Assembly: GCA_963721455.1 (NCBI GenBank)
Contig: CAVRJG010000038.1
Location: forward strand, 32,001-96,000
Direction: 5' to 3'
DNA: 64,000 nt
Source: an uncultured Methanosarcinaceae archaeon
Lineage (GTDB): Archaea; Halobacteriota; Methanosarcinia; Methanosarcinales; Methanosarcinaceae
In this document: positions 44,977 to 55,463 of the stretch, one piece after another
Numbering within the stretch: position 1 is the first letter of the stretch
Layout of the letters: each line of letters begins with the position of its first letter
Notes under the pieces: model-generated
Told to the model about the DNA's origin: nothing
Database searches by the model: none
What the model saw: the letters and a program-made list of their open reading frames with translations, nothing else
Program-made: the position numbers and the translations under genes

Positions 44977-45072
44977 ATCTAAAAGCTCTAAGCCAATAAG
45001 CTGAAAATGCCTCATGGAAGAGAACGAAGACAATAGAAAGTGATGGTCATTCAGTACATTTTTTCTCGGCAG

Positions 45073-45250
45073 AGTTGCGCGCTCCCGAGTTCCGCTTCGG
45101 GATCACAGGAAATCGGAGATTTTCTGGGAGTTGCGATGGAATCGCAACAGCACGGGGTCCGTTTCGCTTCGCTCAAGCGGACTAACTGAAAGGGCTTATT
45201 TACGAAATGACAGTTCTTCCGTGCTTTCCGTGTTTTCCGTGGTCATAAAT
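45073..45250. repeat. REP-like element D, copy 2, with a ~47-bp internal double-hairpin insert
   Basis: CTCCCGAGTTCCGCTTCGGGA[insert]GCACGGGGTCC...TTTTCCGTGGT. Confidence 0.8.
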
Positions 45251-45341
45251 TATCGAATGAGTTTTTCCGTGCCCTGCATGTTTATAGAGTCTTGAGTGAG
45301 TTTGTGTAAATATTTACGTCCGGAACTGTAAGTTCCTGTTT

Positions 45342-46499
45342 TCACAGCTTTTCTGTTTTTAAAGCCTCTTTAAACCGTTTTGTAACCTCTTCGGGGCTCA
45401 GGGGGATATTTGGAGCTTTTGTATTTCCCGGTTTCAGGATTACATGGATAAAGGAAAGTTCTTGCATGGCCCGGAATTTTCTGAAAGTTTCTATTAGCCC
45501 TTCTCTGCTGTTCACTTTAGCCGTATTCTGGATTCCGCAGGCATTTGCAAAAATTTCCAGGTCAATGTAGCGGAGGGCACAGGTTTCCTGCGAACCTGTG
45601 GAGCCGTAGGCGCCGTTGTCAAGGCCAATGATTATCAGGTTTTTAGGGGCCTCTTTTGCAACCTCAAGAAGCGCGTTAGGGTTCATCAACAGGCTTCCAT
45701 CCCCGTCAAAGGCCACAACTGTCTTTTCGGATCGAAGGGCAAGGCCAAGGCCTATGGAAGAAACAAGTCCCATTGAACCGAACATATAAAAATTAAGATC
45801 TCTGTCCCTGCAGGCATAAAGTTCCTTACAGGGAACCCCAAGATTTGTTACTGTAATTTCTCCATCAAGCTGAGAGGCGATTGCGCAAATTGCATCGTTC
45901 CTTAGCATTATTGGCTTGAGGCTTTCCTCTTTAAGGTTAAATACGCATGTATGTTCCATAACCTCAGGCTTTTCTGGCAATCCCGCAGCTTCCCAGGAAC
46001 AGCAGGCAGACATTTCCCATACTTTCGGGGAGATAAGGGCTATATGCGGTCTTAAGTTTTCAAAGGCGTCTCTTATTACATTTTCAAGAAGAGGGAGCTT
46101 TTCGGCTTCATCAATTATTGTATATTCCAGCCCTGCCCCTTTCAGGATTGCCGGGAGGCGGACTCCAAGGGGGACCTGCGCTTCAATGCCTTCGCCATAG
46201 ACCCCACGCCAGCTTGTCAGGACAGGTAGGGGAATTTTGCATATCACATTCAGGGATTCCAGAGCGTTTATCATGTTCCCGAGCCCTGTGCTCTGGATCA
46301 GCATCATGGGTTTTCCCCCAGCAAGGTAAGCCCCGGCACAAATACCCACCCCGTTTTCTTCCCTTGTTAACTTGATCTCAGGAAAATTCTCCGAAACCAG
46401 CGGAAGCAGGTTCTTGATCCTGTCACAGGGCAGAGTTGCAGCAAGGTCAATACCTGTTTTTTTCATGATTTTTATAACTTCTTCTTCCGGACTTGCCAT
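45342..46499 (-). CDS. comDE: Sulfopyruvate decarboxylase, fused ComDE
   Basis: TLPCDRI, TREENGVGICAG, QSTGLGN, GSMGL, DGDGSLLMN..DNGAYGSTG ThDP motif. Confidence 0.93.
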   Translation of the reverse strand: MASPEEEVIKIMKKTGIDLAATLPCDRIKNLLPLVSENFPEIKLTREENGVGICAGAYLAGGKPMMLIQSTGLGNMINALESLNVICKIPLPVLTSWRGVYGEGIEAQVPLGVRLPAILKGAGLEYTIIDEAEKLPLLENVIRDAFENLRPHIALISPKVWEMSACCSWEAAGLPEKPEVMEHTCVFNLKEESLKPIMLRNDAICAIASQLDGEITVTNLGVPCKELYACRDRDLNFYMFGSMGLVSSIGLGLALRSEKTVVAFDGDGSLLMNPNALLEVAKEAPKNLIIIGLDNGAYGSTGSQETCALRYIDLEIFANACGIQNTAKVNSREGLIETFRKFRAMQELSFIHVILKPGNTKAPNIPLSPEEVTKRFKEALKTEKL

Positions 46500-46553
46500 G
46501 GAAATACCTCTTCAGTTTGCTTTCTCTTATTTCGTCTGTAGTTTTTTCCGAAC

Positions 46554-47804
46554 TCAGATATTCAGTTCTTCTAAGGGGATATCAGGGTTTCTGGCAGTAG
46601 CTGCCGGTGGGATCTGGAAAAGTGTGAAATCTTCTTTTAACCGCTTGTATCCTCCGCCTGCAATGTTCAGGAGAATAGTTTCATCCCTTCCAACATTTCC
46701 GGCTTCTACGGCTTTTAAGAGGGATGCCGCTGCTACTGCTGACGGGGGCAGAATATCGATCCCTTCCAGGGATTCGAAAAGGGCTTTAGCCTCAATGGCT
46801 TCTTCTCTGGTAATTGCGTACATTATCCCATCAGTATCGACAAGTGCATCATAGAGTCCGCCTGTAACTCCATATGGGGGAGCACGGTTGGTAAGAACAG
46901 TGGCGTAAGTTTCCTCTACCTGTTTCTTTGCATCCTTCATGTCAAGCTCGGGAATGATTTCTCTTCTTCTTTCCTTCCAGGCGCTGTACATGGGAACAAA
47001 AGGAAGGTTCTGGGCAAGCTGAAGTTTCGGGAGCTTTTGCCCGAACCGCCCGTCGGCCCTCAGGCGCAATGAGGCTTCCCAGGCTGAAATTCCACCAGTG
47101 CCGCTTCCAACTGCCTGGAAATAGTGGTCAGGCATCTGTCCGATGGTCACTGCCGCATCCAGCATAACCGTGCCCATGCCCTCTCTTCTCGCGACATTTC
47201 TTGCTCCGCCTTCGGGAACCATGCCAGGCAGTTTTGCAATCCTTCCTGCAAGATTGATAGCATCAGTGTAGTCGTTTCCGGGGCTCATACCTATCAGGTG
47301 AATGGATTCTGTCGGCTCTTCGGGCAGCCACAGCTTCGAAATTCCGGAATCAGGCACCACTATGTAGACATCAGTTCCTGTCAAAGCCGAAACGTGGGCG
47401 AAAGCCCGGCCTGTATTTCCGGCAGAGGCAAGGACGATGGCTTTTCCCCCGTTTTCTTTAAGGAGCTGCATGGTGGGGTAGGCTTCGAGTTCTTTGAAAC
47501 TGCAGGTCTTGATAAAAGCCCCCCTTTCGGGCCAGTACCCGCTGAACCCTATATAAAGGTTTGAAAGCCCGAGTTCCCTGGCAAGGGCTTCACTTTTGTA
47601 GGTTATGGGCCCGGCATCTGTAGTAAGTTCTTCCTGGATAGGAAGCCAGGAATGGAACCTTCCGATCCCTGGCTGGTTTCTCATCTCCAGCCTTTTTTCG
47701 AAGTAGTCTGCCCTTAAAAGGGAGTCGTCGTTCTCACAGGTGAGCCTATATTGCTGGCCGTATTCTCTTCCGCACTTCAGACATTTCAGTTTGAATCTTC
47801 CCAT
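46554..47804 (-). CDS. Cysteate synthase (threonine-synthase-like PLP enzyme)
   Basis: TCSFKELEA, ASAGNTG, QAVGSGTG; directly upstream of comDE. Confidence 0.92.
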   Translation of the reverse strand: MGRFKLKCLKCGREYGQQYRLTCENDDSLLRADYFEKRLEMRNQPGIGRFHSWLPIQEELTTDAGPITYKSEALARELGLSNLYIGFSGYWPERGAFIKTCSFKELEAYPTMQLLKENGGKAIVLASAGNTGRAFAHVSALTGTDVYIVVPDSGISKLWLPEEPTESIHLIGMSPGNDYTDAINLAGRIAKLPGMVPEGGARNVARREGMGTVMLDAAVTIGQMPDHYFQAVGSGTGGISAWEASLRLRADGRFGQKLPKLQLAQNLPFVPMYSAWKERRREIIPELDMKDAKKQVEETYATVLTNRAPPYGVTGGLYDALVDTDGIMYAITREEAIEAKALFESLEGIDILPPSAVAAASLLKAVEAGNVGRDETILLNIAGGGYKRLKEDFTLFQIPPAATARNPDIPLEELNI

Positions 47805-48060
47805 CGCGATCAGGGAAAATTGGGTCTCTTATTAAATATATATTCCTGAAATGTAAATAAAATACCCATTTTGTGCCACCGATGTTTCATAATGCTCTCA
47901 TCTGGACACTCAGTTCTTCTGAACGGAAAAAAATATTTTCTGAGAAAAATGAACTGGGAAATGTAAAATTGGCAGTAAAGGGGAGTAAAAGAAGAAATGA
48001 AGAGGCAGCTTAAAGCGGAAGCATTAAACCAGGGATCGAAAAAGATTAATTGAAAGTTAT

Positions 48061-48123
48061 ACCGGATCTGCCTGATCTGCCTGATCTACCGGATCTGCCT
48101 GATCTACCGGATCTGCCTGATCT
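48061..48123. repeat. 9-bp tandem repeat x7 (CCKGATCTR)
   Basis: ACCGGATCTGCCTGATCTGCCTGATCTACCGGATCTG... Confidence 0.9.
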
Positions 48124-48127
48124 TCCC

Positions 48128-48586
48128 TTACACATAAAACGTATTCGGGGTGGATTTTGCATTTTCAATATTTCTCCTGGTGCCCTCAGGGTAAACAAGG
48201 GTAAGGGTATCCGGCTGCATCCCGAATTTCCGGGAATCGTGCAGGTAGTATTCTTCACTTTTCTTGGAAATGTTTTTTACCTGGATTGAAGCACTGGTTC
48301 TTCCGATCTTCTGTATTTCTATTTTATCAAAATCAGAAAAAATCTCCTTTATTTTGGGTTCCAGATTTTTGCTCCCGAAAAGGAAGATATAAGCCTGGGC
48401 AAAGGGACTGAGGTGGTAATCAATACTGACGTCTGCATCGGTTTTATTGAATGCGATTTCCATGCTGTCAAGGTGAATATATTTCCCTTCCCTGAACTGG
48501 TCAGTGTCGATTCCAGGAGACATCTTTCCAGCCATCAGAGCAGCCGAGATTATCAGGGCAATTGTGATTATAGCTTTTATTTTCAT
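48128..48586 (-). CDS. Conserved hypothetical secreted/membrane-anchored protein
   Basis: N-terminal signal helix; typical codon usage; no motif recognised. Confidence 0.75.
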   Translation of the reverse strand: MKIKAIITIALIISAALMAGKMSPGIDTDQFREGKYIHLDSMEIAFNKTDADVSIDYHLSPFAQAYIFLFGSKNLEPKIKEIFSDFDKIEIQKIGRTSASIQVKNISKKSEEYYLHDSRKFGMQPDTLTLVYPEGTRRNIENAKSTPNTFYV

Positions 48587-48708
48587 AGGTCTTACGCAGT
48601 AATTATCCTTTATTCTAATATCTCTTTCCTCTGTTTTTGCAATAATGTTAAATATTGCCAGAGTGAAGCTACTTCAAACTACCTGAAAAACCATAACGAG
48701 ACTACAAA

Positions 48709-48924
48709 ATGAGCAAAAACATTAACTTTACCTGCCCCAAATGCGGAAACACCTCATTCGAAACCGGCGAGATCCGCACCACAGGCGGCTTTCTCAGCAA
48801 ACTCCTCGATGTCCAGAACAAGAAATTCACCCACGTCACCTGCAAGCGCTGTAAGTACACCGAATTCTACCAGGCTGACAGCAGCATGCTGGGGAACATT
48901 TTCGACCTGTTTACATCAAGATGA
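48709..48924 (+). CDS. Zinc-ribbon domain protein (DUF2082-like)
   Basis: CPKCG...TGGFLSKLLDVQNKKF..VTCKRCKYTEFY. Confidence 0.88.
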   Translation: MSKNINFTCPKCGNTSFETGEIRTTGGFLSKLLDVQNKKFTHVTCKRCKYTEFYQADSSMLGNIFDLFTSR

Positions 48925-49033
48925 GCCGCCTGAGGGATTTTTCGGAGAAAATTACCTTTTTCTCCCTTTTTTCGTTTTTTTGATTGCTTATTAGCCGGGG
49001 CTGGCGAGTAGCATCTTTAACGGAGCTTTTTCA

Positions 49034-49100
49034 CGCCCGAGTTTCGCTTCGGGAGCACGAGGTCCTTTTCGCTCCGCTCAAGAGGACTGAATTACTTATA
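49034..49100. repeat. REP-like element D, copy 3 (short)
   Basis: CCCGAGTTTCGCTTCGGGAGCACGAGGTCCTTTTCGCTCCGCTCAAGAGGACT. Confidence 0.8.
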
Positions 49101-49229
49101 ATCTGACCCATACAACCATATTCGTCACATCAGGCCGTTCTTGTCACGCTCGACGAAGGAGAGCGGCCCGTCCATGCCAAATTCCTGAAAGAGACAGCGA
49201 TTTTAAACGTCTTCCTGTTGTTCCTAACT

Positions 49230-52200
49230 ATTAATTGATTTTTGCCATCTCTACTCGCCTTATGATGAAATTGATTTTAATTTTGCTGGGATCAGGATTG
49301 AACAGCACTTTTTCTTCATTTCGTCGAAGGTAAGCTCTTTCAAATCCTGAATATGTTTGTGCATGAGCGGTGAGAATGCTTTATTAAGGATTCGTTTGAC
49401 TTTCCCGTCATTCAGTTTGAGTATTTCTTTTACATTTTCAAGAAGTACAGCTTGTTCCTGCAGTTTTCTACTCGTCTCAAGCAGTTGAATAAATCTTCGT
49501 AAACCTTACATTCTCTGAACCTTTTATCTATGGAATTTCTGAATTTCGTCTCTTCTAATATGTGAATGAGCTTTGTCTGTTATCGGGACTTGTCCCGCAT
49601 GGGTATCTCTTGCAGGATTGAACCCCGTATTTATTGAAGTCAGCAGGACAAACTGTTCCAGGACAAACTGTTCCATTACCTTGTCAACTGGTTTTATAAT
49701 CCCTTCATCCTGCCTTTTATTTAAGTATTTGTCAAGTGTTGAAACAATCCCTGTAGAACCTCCAAGAACTTTTTTGTCTTCTCCGAGAGTAAAGATTCCG
49801 TTTGCCATTATGAATGCTTTGTTGCCGGAGCATGGGTTGTTTATGTCAGCTTTTGCTATTTCATAGAACCTTTCTGGCTTCGGGTTTGTCTGAGGTACAA
49901 GAATTACGTCACAGGCAGGAATCAGGCGATTTCTTAAATCGGCATTCAGGTATTCGTAGCAGATCATTACTCCGAGGCGGAGGTCATCCCGCAGTTTGAA
50001 AATATGATTTACTTTTCCAGCTTTCATTCCTTCATTGAAATAGAGATCACGTTCTTCCCGTGCTCCAAGCAACTTTTCATTGTGCACGATTTTGAAGCAG
50101 GAATTACAACAGGGGAGATATTCTTCCTCAAGTCTTCTTCTTCAAATTCCCGAATGAACAAATTTTCCGTACGCTCCAAGATTCTTTTCTGTGACGTAAT
50201 GACTGCCTGCAACGACAATAATTCCGTTTTCATCAGCAAATTTCTGTATTTCTTCAAGATAATCAAAAGGTATGGAAAATTCGGGGAAAACAACAATATC
50301 TGCTTCTTTTTTCACAGCTCCAAGAATTGCCATGACTTTTCTGTGATAGGCATCGTCAGCTGTGATTTTTACAACTGAATTCTCCCGTAAGCATGATACT
50401 TCAACTGAACAGCGGCAATTTTCAAATCCCGATCAACGCAGACGCTATTTGAGCAGTCACACTGGAAGATTCGGGTTTTATTATCTCTGCTTATGCTTTC
50501 AAAATAATCAATTGACCTTATGAACCGGTTTTTTCTGTCCTGGCGTTGTGAAATTATTTCATCTTCTCCCTGCGGGAAATAGCCTGATCTTGAGGTAATC
50601 AATTTCAAGCAGGTTGTTTTTGATTTCTTCTCGGGTCAGAGTTCTGTTTAGAAGAATTTTATTTCCTGTTTTGATAGTCAGTTTTCCTTTTACTTTAGTT
50701 CAGGGATCGTCAAATATGACTTTCAGTTTCCAGTTTTCATAAATTATGTTTGAGATTGAAAGGTTCTTCAAAATAGTCTTTTATTTTCCTGTGAACATGC
50801 CCGAAGAGATTTTCAAGTGGCCTTGTATTCAATTTCACTGACTTTTCCATCAAGTTCCTTCAGAAGTTCTTTCCGCGTCTCTGTAGTCTTTTTCTTCAAA
50901 TATCTGCGGGATATTCTCAAATGAAACCCTTATGCTGGGGTTAACATCCTCAGGGAGGGTTTTGACAACTTCTCTGAATCAGTTCTTTCAGTTTTGGAAC
51001 ATCTACTTCTTCAAATTTCTCAACTTCTTCCAGGACTATTGAGTAGCCCAATATAGACGCAGTAGCAAACATTTGCCTTTTCATAAGTCTCTGTTGCGTT
51101 CTTGAACTGTTCCACTGCCTGCTTGAGCAGTTCCAGATCAGGTGCTCTTGAAGCAAGTGCTTCGTTTACAAGTTTTCTTCCTGAAAGGTAGCAAGTGGCA
51201 GAAGAATACAGAGTTTTGAAACAGCCTCATCATTCTCGATCTGACCCAGTTTTTCAACTGCCTTGAGAGCTTTTTCATATTCTTCTGCACCTTTTCTCGA
51301 CATCGGTTTCAAACTCTGATATTTTTCATCAGAAAGTCGATATATGCACTCAGACCTGCCCCGTAACCAGTTTTCTCTCGTGCTTCAGCCCATATTTGCT
51401 AAAAAATTCCTGATTTTTTTTGCAGAGTTGATCACATCCTCCAGGCATTAATCTGAGAATTTGTTTGCTTTTTCTGCCTGTTCCGTATTTAACTCAATAA
51501 GCCTGATTATTGAATTTGACTTCCTGCCTATAGTCAGGTACTGCATGGGTTCCGTAAAAATTTCAAGCGCTTTTTCGTACTTTTCTTTCGCCTCTTCGAT
51601 GCGCCCCATATTTCAAAGCAAGTTTCCTAAATTGTTGAGTGTCATTGCTACATCTGATTGGTATGCTACGTTTTCGGGGTCTGTTTATTGAGGAGTTTTT
51701 CATACATTTCGAGGGCTTTTTCGTACTTTTCTTTCGCCTCTTCGATGCGCCCCATATCAGAAAGCAAGTTTCCTAAATTGTTGAGTGTCATTCCTACATC
51801 TGATTGGTATGCTACGTTTTCGGGGTCGTTTTTGAGGAGTTTTTCATACATTTCGAGGGCTTTTTCGTACCTTTGTTTCGCCTCTTCGATGCGCCCCATA
51901 TTTGAAAGCAAGTTTCCTAAATTGTTGAGTGTCGTTCCTACATATGATTGGTATGCTACGTTTTCGGGGTCTGTTTTTGAGGAGTTTTTCCTCATTTCGA
52001 GGGCTTTTTCGTACCTTTGTTTCGCCTCTTCGATGCGCCCCATATCAGAAAGCAAGTCTCCTAAATTGTTGAGTGTCTTCCTACATCTGATTGGTATGCT
52101 ACGTTTTCGGGGTCGTTTTGAGGAGTTTTTGAGAGATTAAGAGATGTAATTCATAGCAATTTTTTGCTTGAAGAAAACGTCCCATTTTATAGAAAAGGTT

Positions 52201-52522
52201 TCCAAGAGTGACGATGCGGTCAAGATTCATCTGAAGACTTGACTGGTAAAGTTTGTTATCAGGGTCTTTTAAGAGGAGTTCTTCAGCAGCTTTTAAGGCA
52301 AAAGACATGGATCTTCAGGGCTTCTTCGTATGCTCCTACTGTCTGCATTAGACGTCCTTTTAAGGTCTGGACGTTGAGTAAAATGTCAATTGCTTTCGCC
52401 CTCTTTGCGGCTTCTTCGGCTTTTCCAAGCTCTTTTAAGGCTTCCTCAGGTTTGCCTTTTTGCATTAAAGATAAGGTCTTTTGAAAATGTCTTTCTGCTG
52501 AATCTCTCAAACGCCCTGACAT
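49230..52522 (-). pseudogene. TPR-repeat + carbon-nitrogen hydrolase (nitrilase) fusion, multiply frameshifted
   Basis: Fragments: N-term MSGRLRD..., four near-identical 126-bp TPR units (51560-52120), KIAAVQL, DIVVFPEFS, HNEKL, GVMICYE (E-K-C triad); 3' end approximate. Confidence 0.8.
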
Positions 52523-52699
52523 AGTAAAAGAATTAATCTAGGGTGGCTTAAATGTTGTGTTTTTTTACGCTGCAATCGTAGCAAAAAGTGCGAAAATAAG
52601 AACTGATTTGCTTCTTTTTTTGCACACAGGGAAAAGCCGCGCAGACGGCGCGTGGACAAATTCGGGCTTAGACGGCTAGTCCGGTTGAGTGGGTTCAAT

Positions 52700-53464
52700 T
52701 TAGAGAGATTCGAGCTTTTCCCGCGTGAGGCTGAGTTCTTCCTTGAGCTTCTTGTTTTCAGGGTCTTTTTTGCTCAGGGTTTCAAGGATCTCAAATGCTT
52801 TTTTGAAGTTCTCTTTTGCCTCTTCTTTTTGCCCTTTTTCAGAAAACAGGGTTCCGAGATTGTTGAGTATCATTGCTGCGTCTGAGAGATATTCCGTGTT
52901 TTCAGGGTAACTTTTAAGGAGTTTTTCCTGGATTTTGAGGGCTTTTTCGTATTTTTCTTCTGCTTCTTCGGTTTGCCCCATTCCGGCGAGCAGTTCTCCG
53001 AGGTTGTTGAGGGTGTTTCCTGCATACATTAGATAAAATTCGCTTTCCGGCCTGGCGTCAAGCCGTTTCCGGCAGATTTCGAGGCCGATTTCATAGCACT
53101 TTTGCGAGGATTGGAAGTTGCCAGCTCTCTGAAATATATTCCCAAGGTTCCCGATGTTGTTCAGGTTCATGAGGAGGGTATCAAGGTAAAGTTTGTTTTC
53201 CGGGTCTGTTGAGAGGAGTTTTTCGCCGGTTCTTAAGGAAAAGGTGTAGGTCTCCAGGGCTTCTTCAAGCCTGCCCAGGGACTGCATCAGCTGGCCTCTT
53301 ACTTTTAAGGTGTGGAACAGAATGGCTCCATCCTTTGCCTCCTGTGCAATTTTTTCGGCTGTCTGGAGAGATTCAAAGGCTTCTTCGATCCTTCCTTTTT
53401 GCATCAGGTCCAGGGTTTCATTGAAATATTTTACTGCTTCTTCTCTCAACTTCTCAGCGGGCAT
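52700..53464 (-). CDS. TPR protein (paralog of the 52522 N-terminus)
   Basis: TLNNLGELL..MG..EEA..KYEKAL repeats; DPENK motifs. Confidence 0.9.
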   Translation of the reverse strand: MPAEKLREEAVKYFNETLDLMQKGRIEEAFESLQTAEKIAQEAKDGAILFHTLKVRGQLMQSLGRLEEALETYTFSLRTGEKLLSTDPENKLYLDTLLMNLNNIGNLGNIFQRAGNFQSSQKCYEIGLEICRKRLDARPESEFYLMYAGNTLNNLGELLAGMGQTEEAEEKYEKALKIQEKLLKSYPENTEYLSDAAMILNNLGTLFSEKGQKEEAKENFKKAFEILETLSKKDPENKKLKEELSLTREKLESL

Positions 53465-53701
53465 GATAAAAAGACGGGCTTGTGATGTCTTATAGGTTAT
53501 GTTTTATGCCTTGTTTTTTTCGTTCCTGTTACCATGTTTTTTCTTTCCTGTTATTATCTTTTTCTTCCAACTCCTTTATATATATTAATAACAGCTTAAT
53601 TATAGATGATCGAAGTTTCATATCTTTCTTTAACCCGCGTTTTTTAATATTTTGATGCTTATTGATATCTAAAAAAAGGTATTTAGGGAAAGGGAAATAA
53701 C

Positions 53702-54142
53702 GTGGATATGGAAGCAGAGAAAGAAAAAGATAGAAAGAGTCAGGGGAAGGGTAGAATCGACGTTCCTAAAAATCGCAAGCATGAAAAAACATACCTCATT
53801 CTTGTGAGTATCTTTCTCGCAACTATCCTTTTTTACACCCTTTATATCGGCCAGCTTCTCTGGGGCATAGTTATTGATATCCTTATTTTGAGGCTTTATT
53901 TCCTCATGAGAAGGGAAAGGAGTTACTTCAGGGAATGTGACTGGAATGAAGAAGAAGCCGGAACTCCTCATGACCCCGAAATGAAAAGGAAAATCAGGCT
54001 TGCGAACATTCTTATTACCCTTTTCGTGCTTGGGGTGGTTATTTATTCATACTTTACTTTCCAGTTTATATGGGGAGTCGTTGCGGGTTTGTTGATTTTG
54101 CTTTATGTGCACATGCTGCTGTTTTCAGAAGATAACCTCTAA
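53702..54142 (+). CDS. Membrane protein made of two LonB-type transmembrane hairpins
   Basis: LFVLGVVIYSYFTFQFIWGVVAGLLIL and IFLATILFYTLYIGQLLWGIVIDILIL resemble LonB LFVLGIIIYSYFVAQLLWGIIAGIMIL. Confidence 0.8.
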   Translation: MDMEAEKEKDRKSQGKGRIDVPKNRKHEKTYLILVSIFLATILFYTLYIGQLLWGIVIDILILRLYFLMRRERSYFRECDWNEEEAGTPHDPEMKRKIRLANILITLFVLGVVIYSYFTFQFIWGVVAGLLILLYVHMLLFSEDNL

Positions 54143-54237
54143 AGGTGAGAATCTTCAAGCTGCAAGAGATTGCGAGCTTTAAGAGATTGCCTGTGCATCT
54201 GAGATGAAATCCTTATAGATAATTCCATAGTCGATTC

Positions 54238-55011
54238 TTAAAGCCTTTCCAGTTTTTCCAGCCTTTCCCGGGTTAAAGCAATGGCTTCTTTAACATTCTC
54301 ATTTTCAGGCTGCTGGGCGAGAAGGTCTTCCTGCATGACGAGTGCTCTTTCAAGGCTCTGTTTTGCAGCCTCATTATTTTCCGGGCCCTGCCGGATGAGG
54401 CAGTTTCCTAACTGGCTGAGCGCGACTGAAAGTTCGGCCTGATAGCCTGGGTTATCGGGTTTTTCTTCAAAGAGCTTCCCGTAAATCTCAATTGCTTGCC
54501 TGAGGATCTCGCATGCTCCTTCAAAAGAGCCTGTATCCGTAAGCAGGGCGGCGTAGTTGTTCAGGTTTTCGCCGGCATAGGATCGGAAGACTGCATTTTC
54601 AGGATCTTTAGCCAGGAGGTTTACATAGATCTCACGGGCGCGGATATAGTATTCGGCAGCTCTGTGATTTTCTCCTTTCTTTTTAAGAAGGTTTCCAGTA
54701 TTGCTCAGGGTTGTGCCCATGTAGTGCTGATAATCGGTATTTTCAGGGTCGGTTTTGAGAAGTTCGGCACCAGCATCGAGGGCTTTTTCATAGGTTTCGA
54801 GGGCCTCATCGTATTTCGATGCAGAATAAAGGATACCTCCGCGCGTGAAAAGAATGTAATAGAGGGCATCAGTGGACTTTGTTTTATTTGCTGATTTTTC
54901 AGCTTTATCTAGAGTTTCAAGAGCCTTATCCAGTTTGCCTTTCTTGATCTGGGTTACGGCACTGTGGATCTGCTTCAGAAGGAGAAGATTTTTGACCTTG
55001 CTTCTGGACAT
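54238..55011 (-). CDS. TPR protein (third paralog)
   Basis: Same architecture and ending (LTRERLEKL) as 52700-53464. Confidence 0.9.
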   Translation of the reverse strand: MSRSKVKNLLLLKQIHSAVTQIKKGKLDKALETLDKAEKSANKTKSTDALYYILFTRGGILYSASKYDEALETYEKALDAGAELLKTDPENTDYQHYMGTTLSNTGNLLKKKGENHRAAEYYIRAREIYVNLLAKDPENAVFRSYAGENLNNYAALLTDTGSFEGACEILRQAIEIYGKLFEEKPDNPGYQAELSVALSQLGNCLIRQGPENNEAAKQSLERALVMQEDLLAQQPENENVKEAIALTRERLEKLERL

Positions 55012-55463
55012 AAGAGGAAAATGCTTCCTGTTTTTTAAATAACTGTCGATGCCGATTTATGATGCCGGGAGAATAATAACTCTGAATTTGCGGACAATGC
55101 TTAATGTATAAATAGAGGAGGTATCATAGGTTAATTGAAACTATCTTAAAGATTGATCTTAAAGATTGATCTGAGCATTGATTTTCGAATCGCTTTTTCG
55201 AGCCAGGTATGCAACTAGCAAATAGTATATAACAAAAGGTTTCTATATACTGTATACACAGTTGTAGGTTAATTTTATATACAGTAAGTTTATATAATTA
55301 GCCGAAGTATGGATGGGGTTACAGTAACCTCCGGAATTTGTTATTGTGACATCCGCTTTTTGCCAATCATTTTATCACTAAGTCTGTTATTTTTTCGAAA
55401 ACGTCAAGTATATATATTGATCAGTAACGTCTATTTAATAACGTTCGAATATGTGAGCTAACC

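Noticed and set aside
48046-48289. PDL/GRS-repeat ORFs
   Set aside because: Translations of the 9-bp tandem repeat overlapping a real gene end.
51560-52120. Near-identical 126-bp repeats as a DGR template/variable pair
   Set aside because: Differences are not adenine-specific and there is no reverse transcriptase; they are tandem TPR units.
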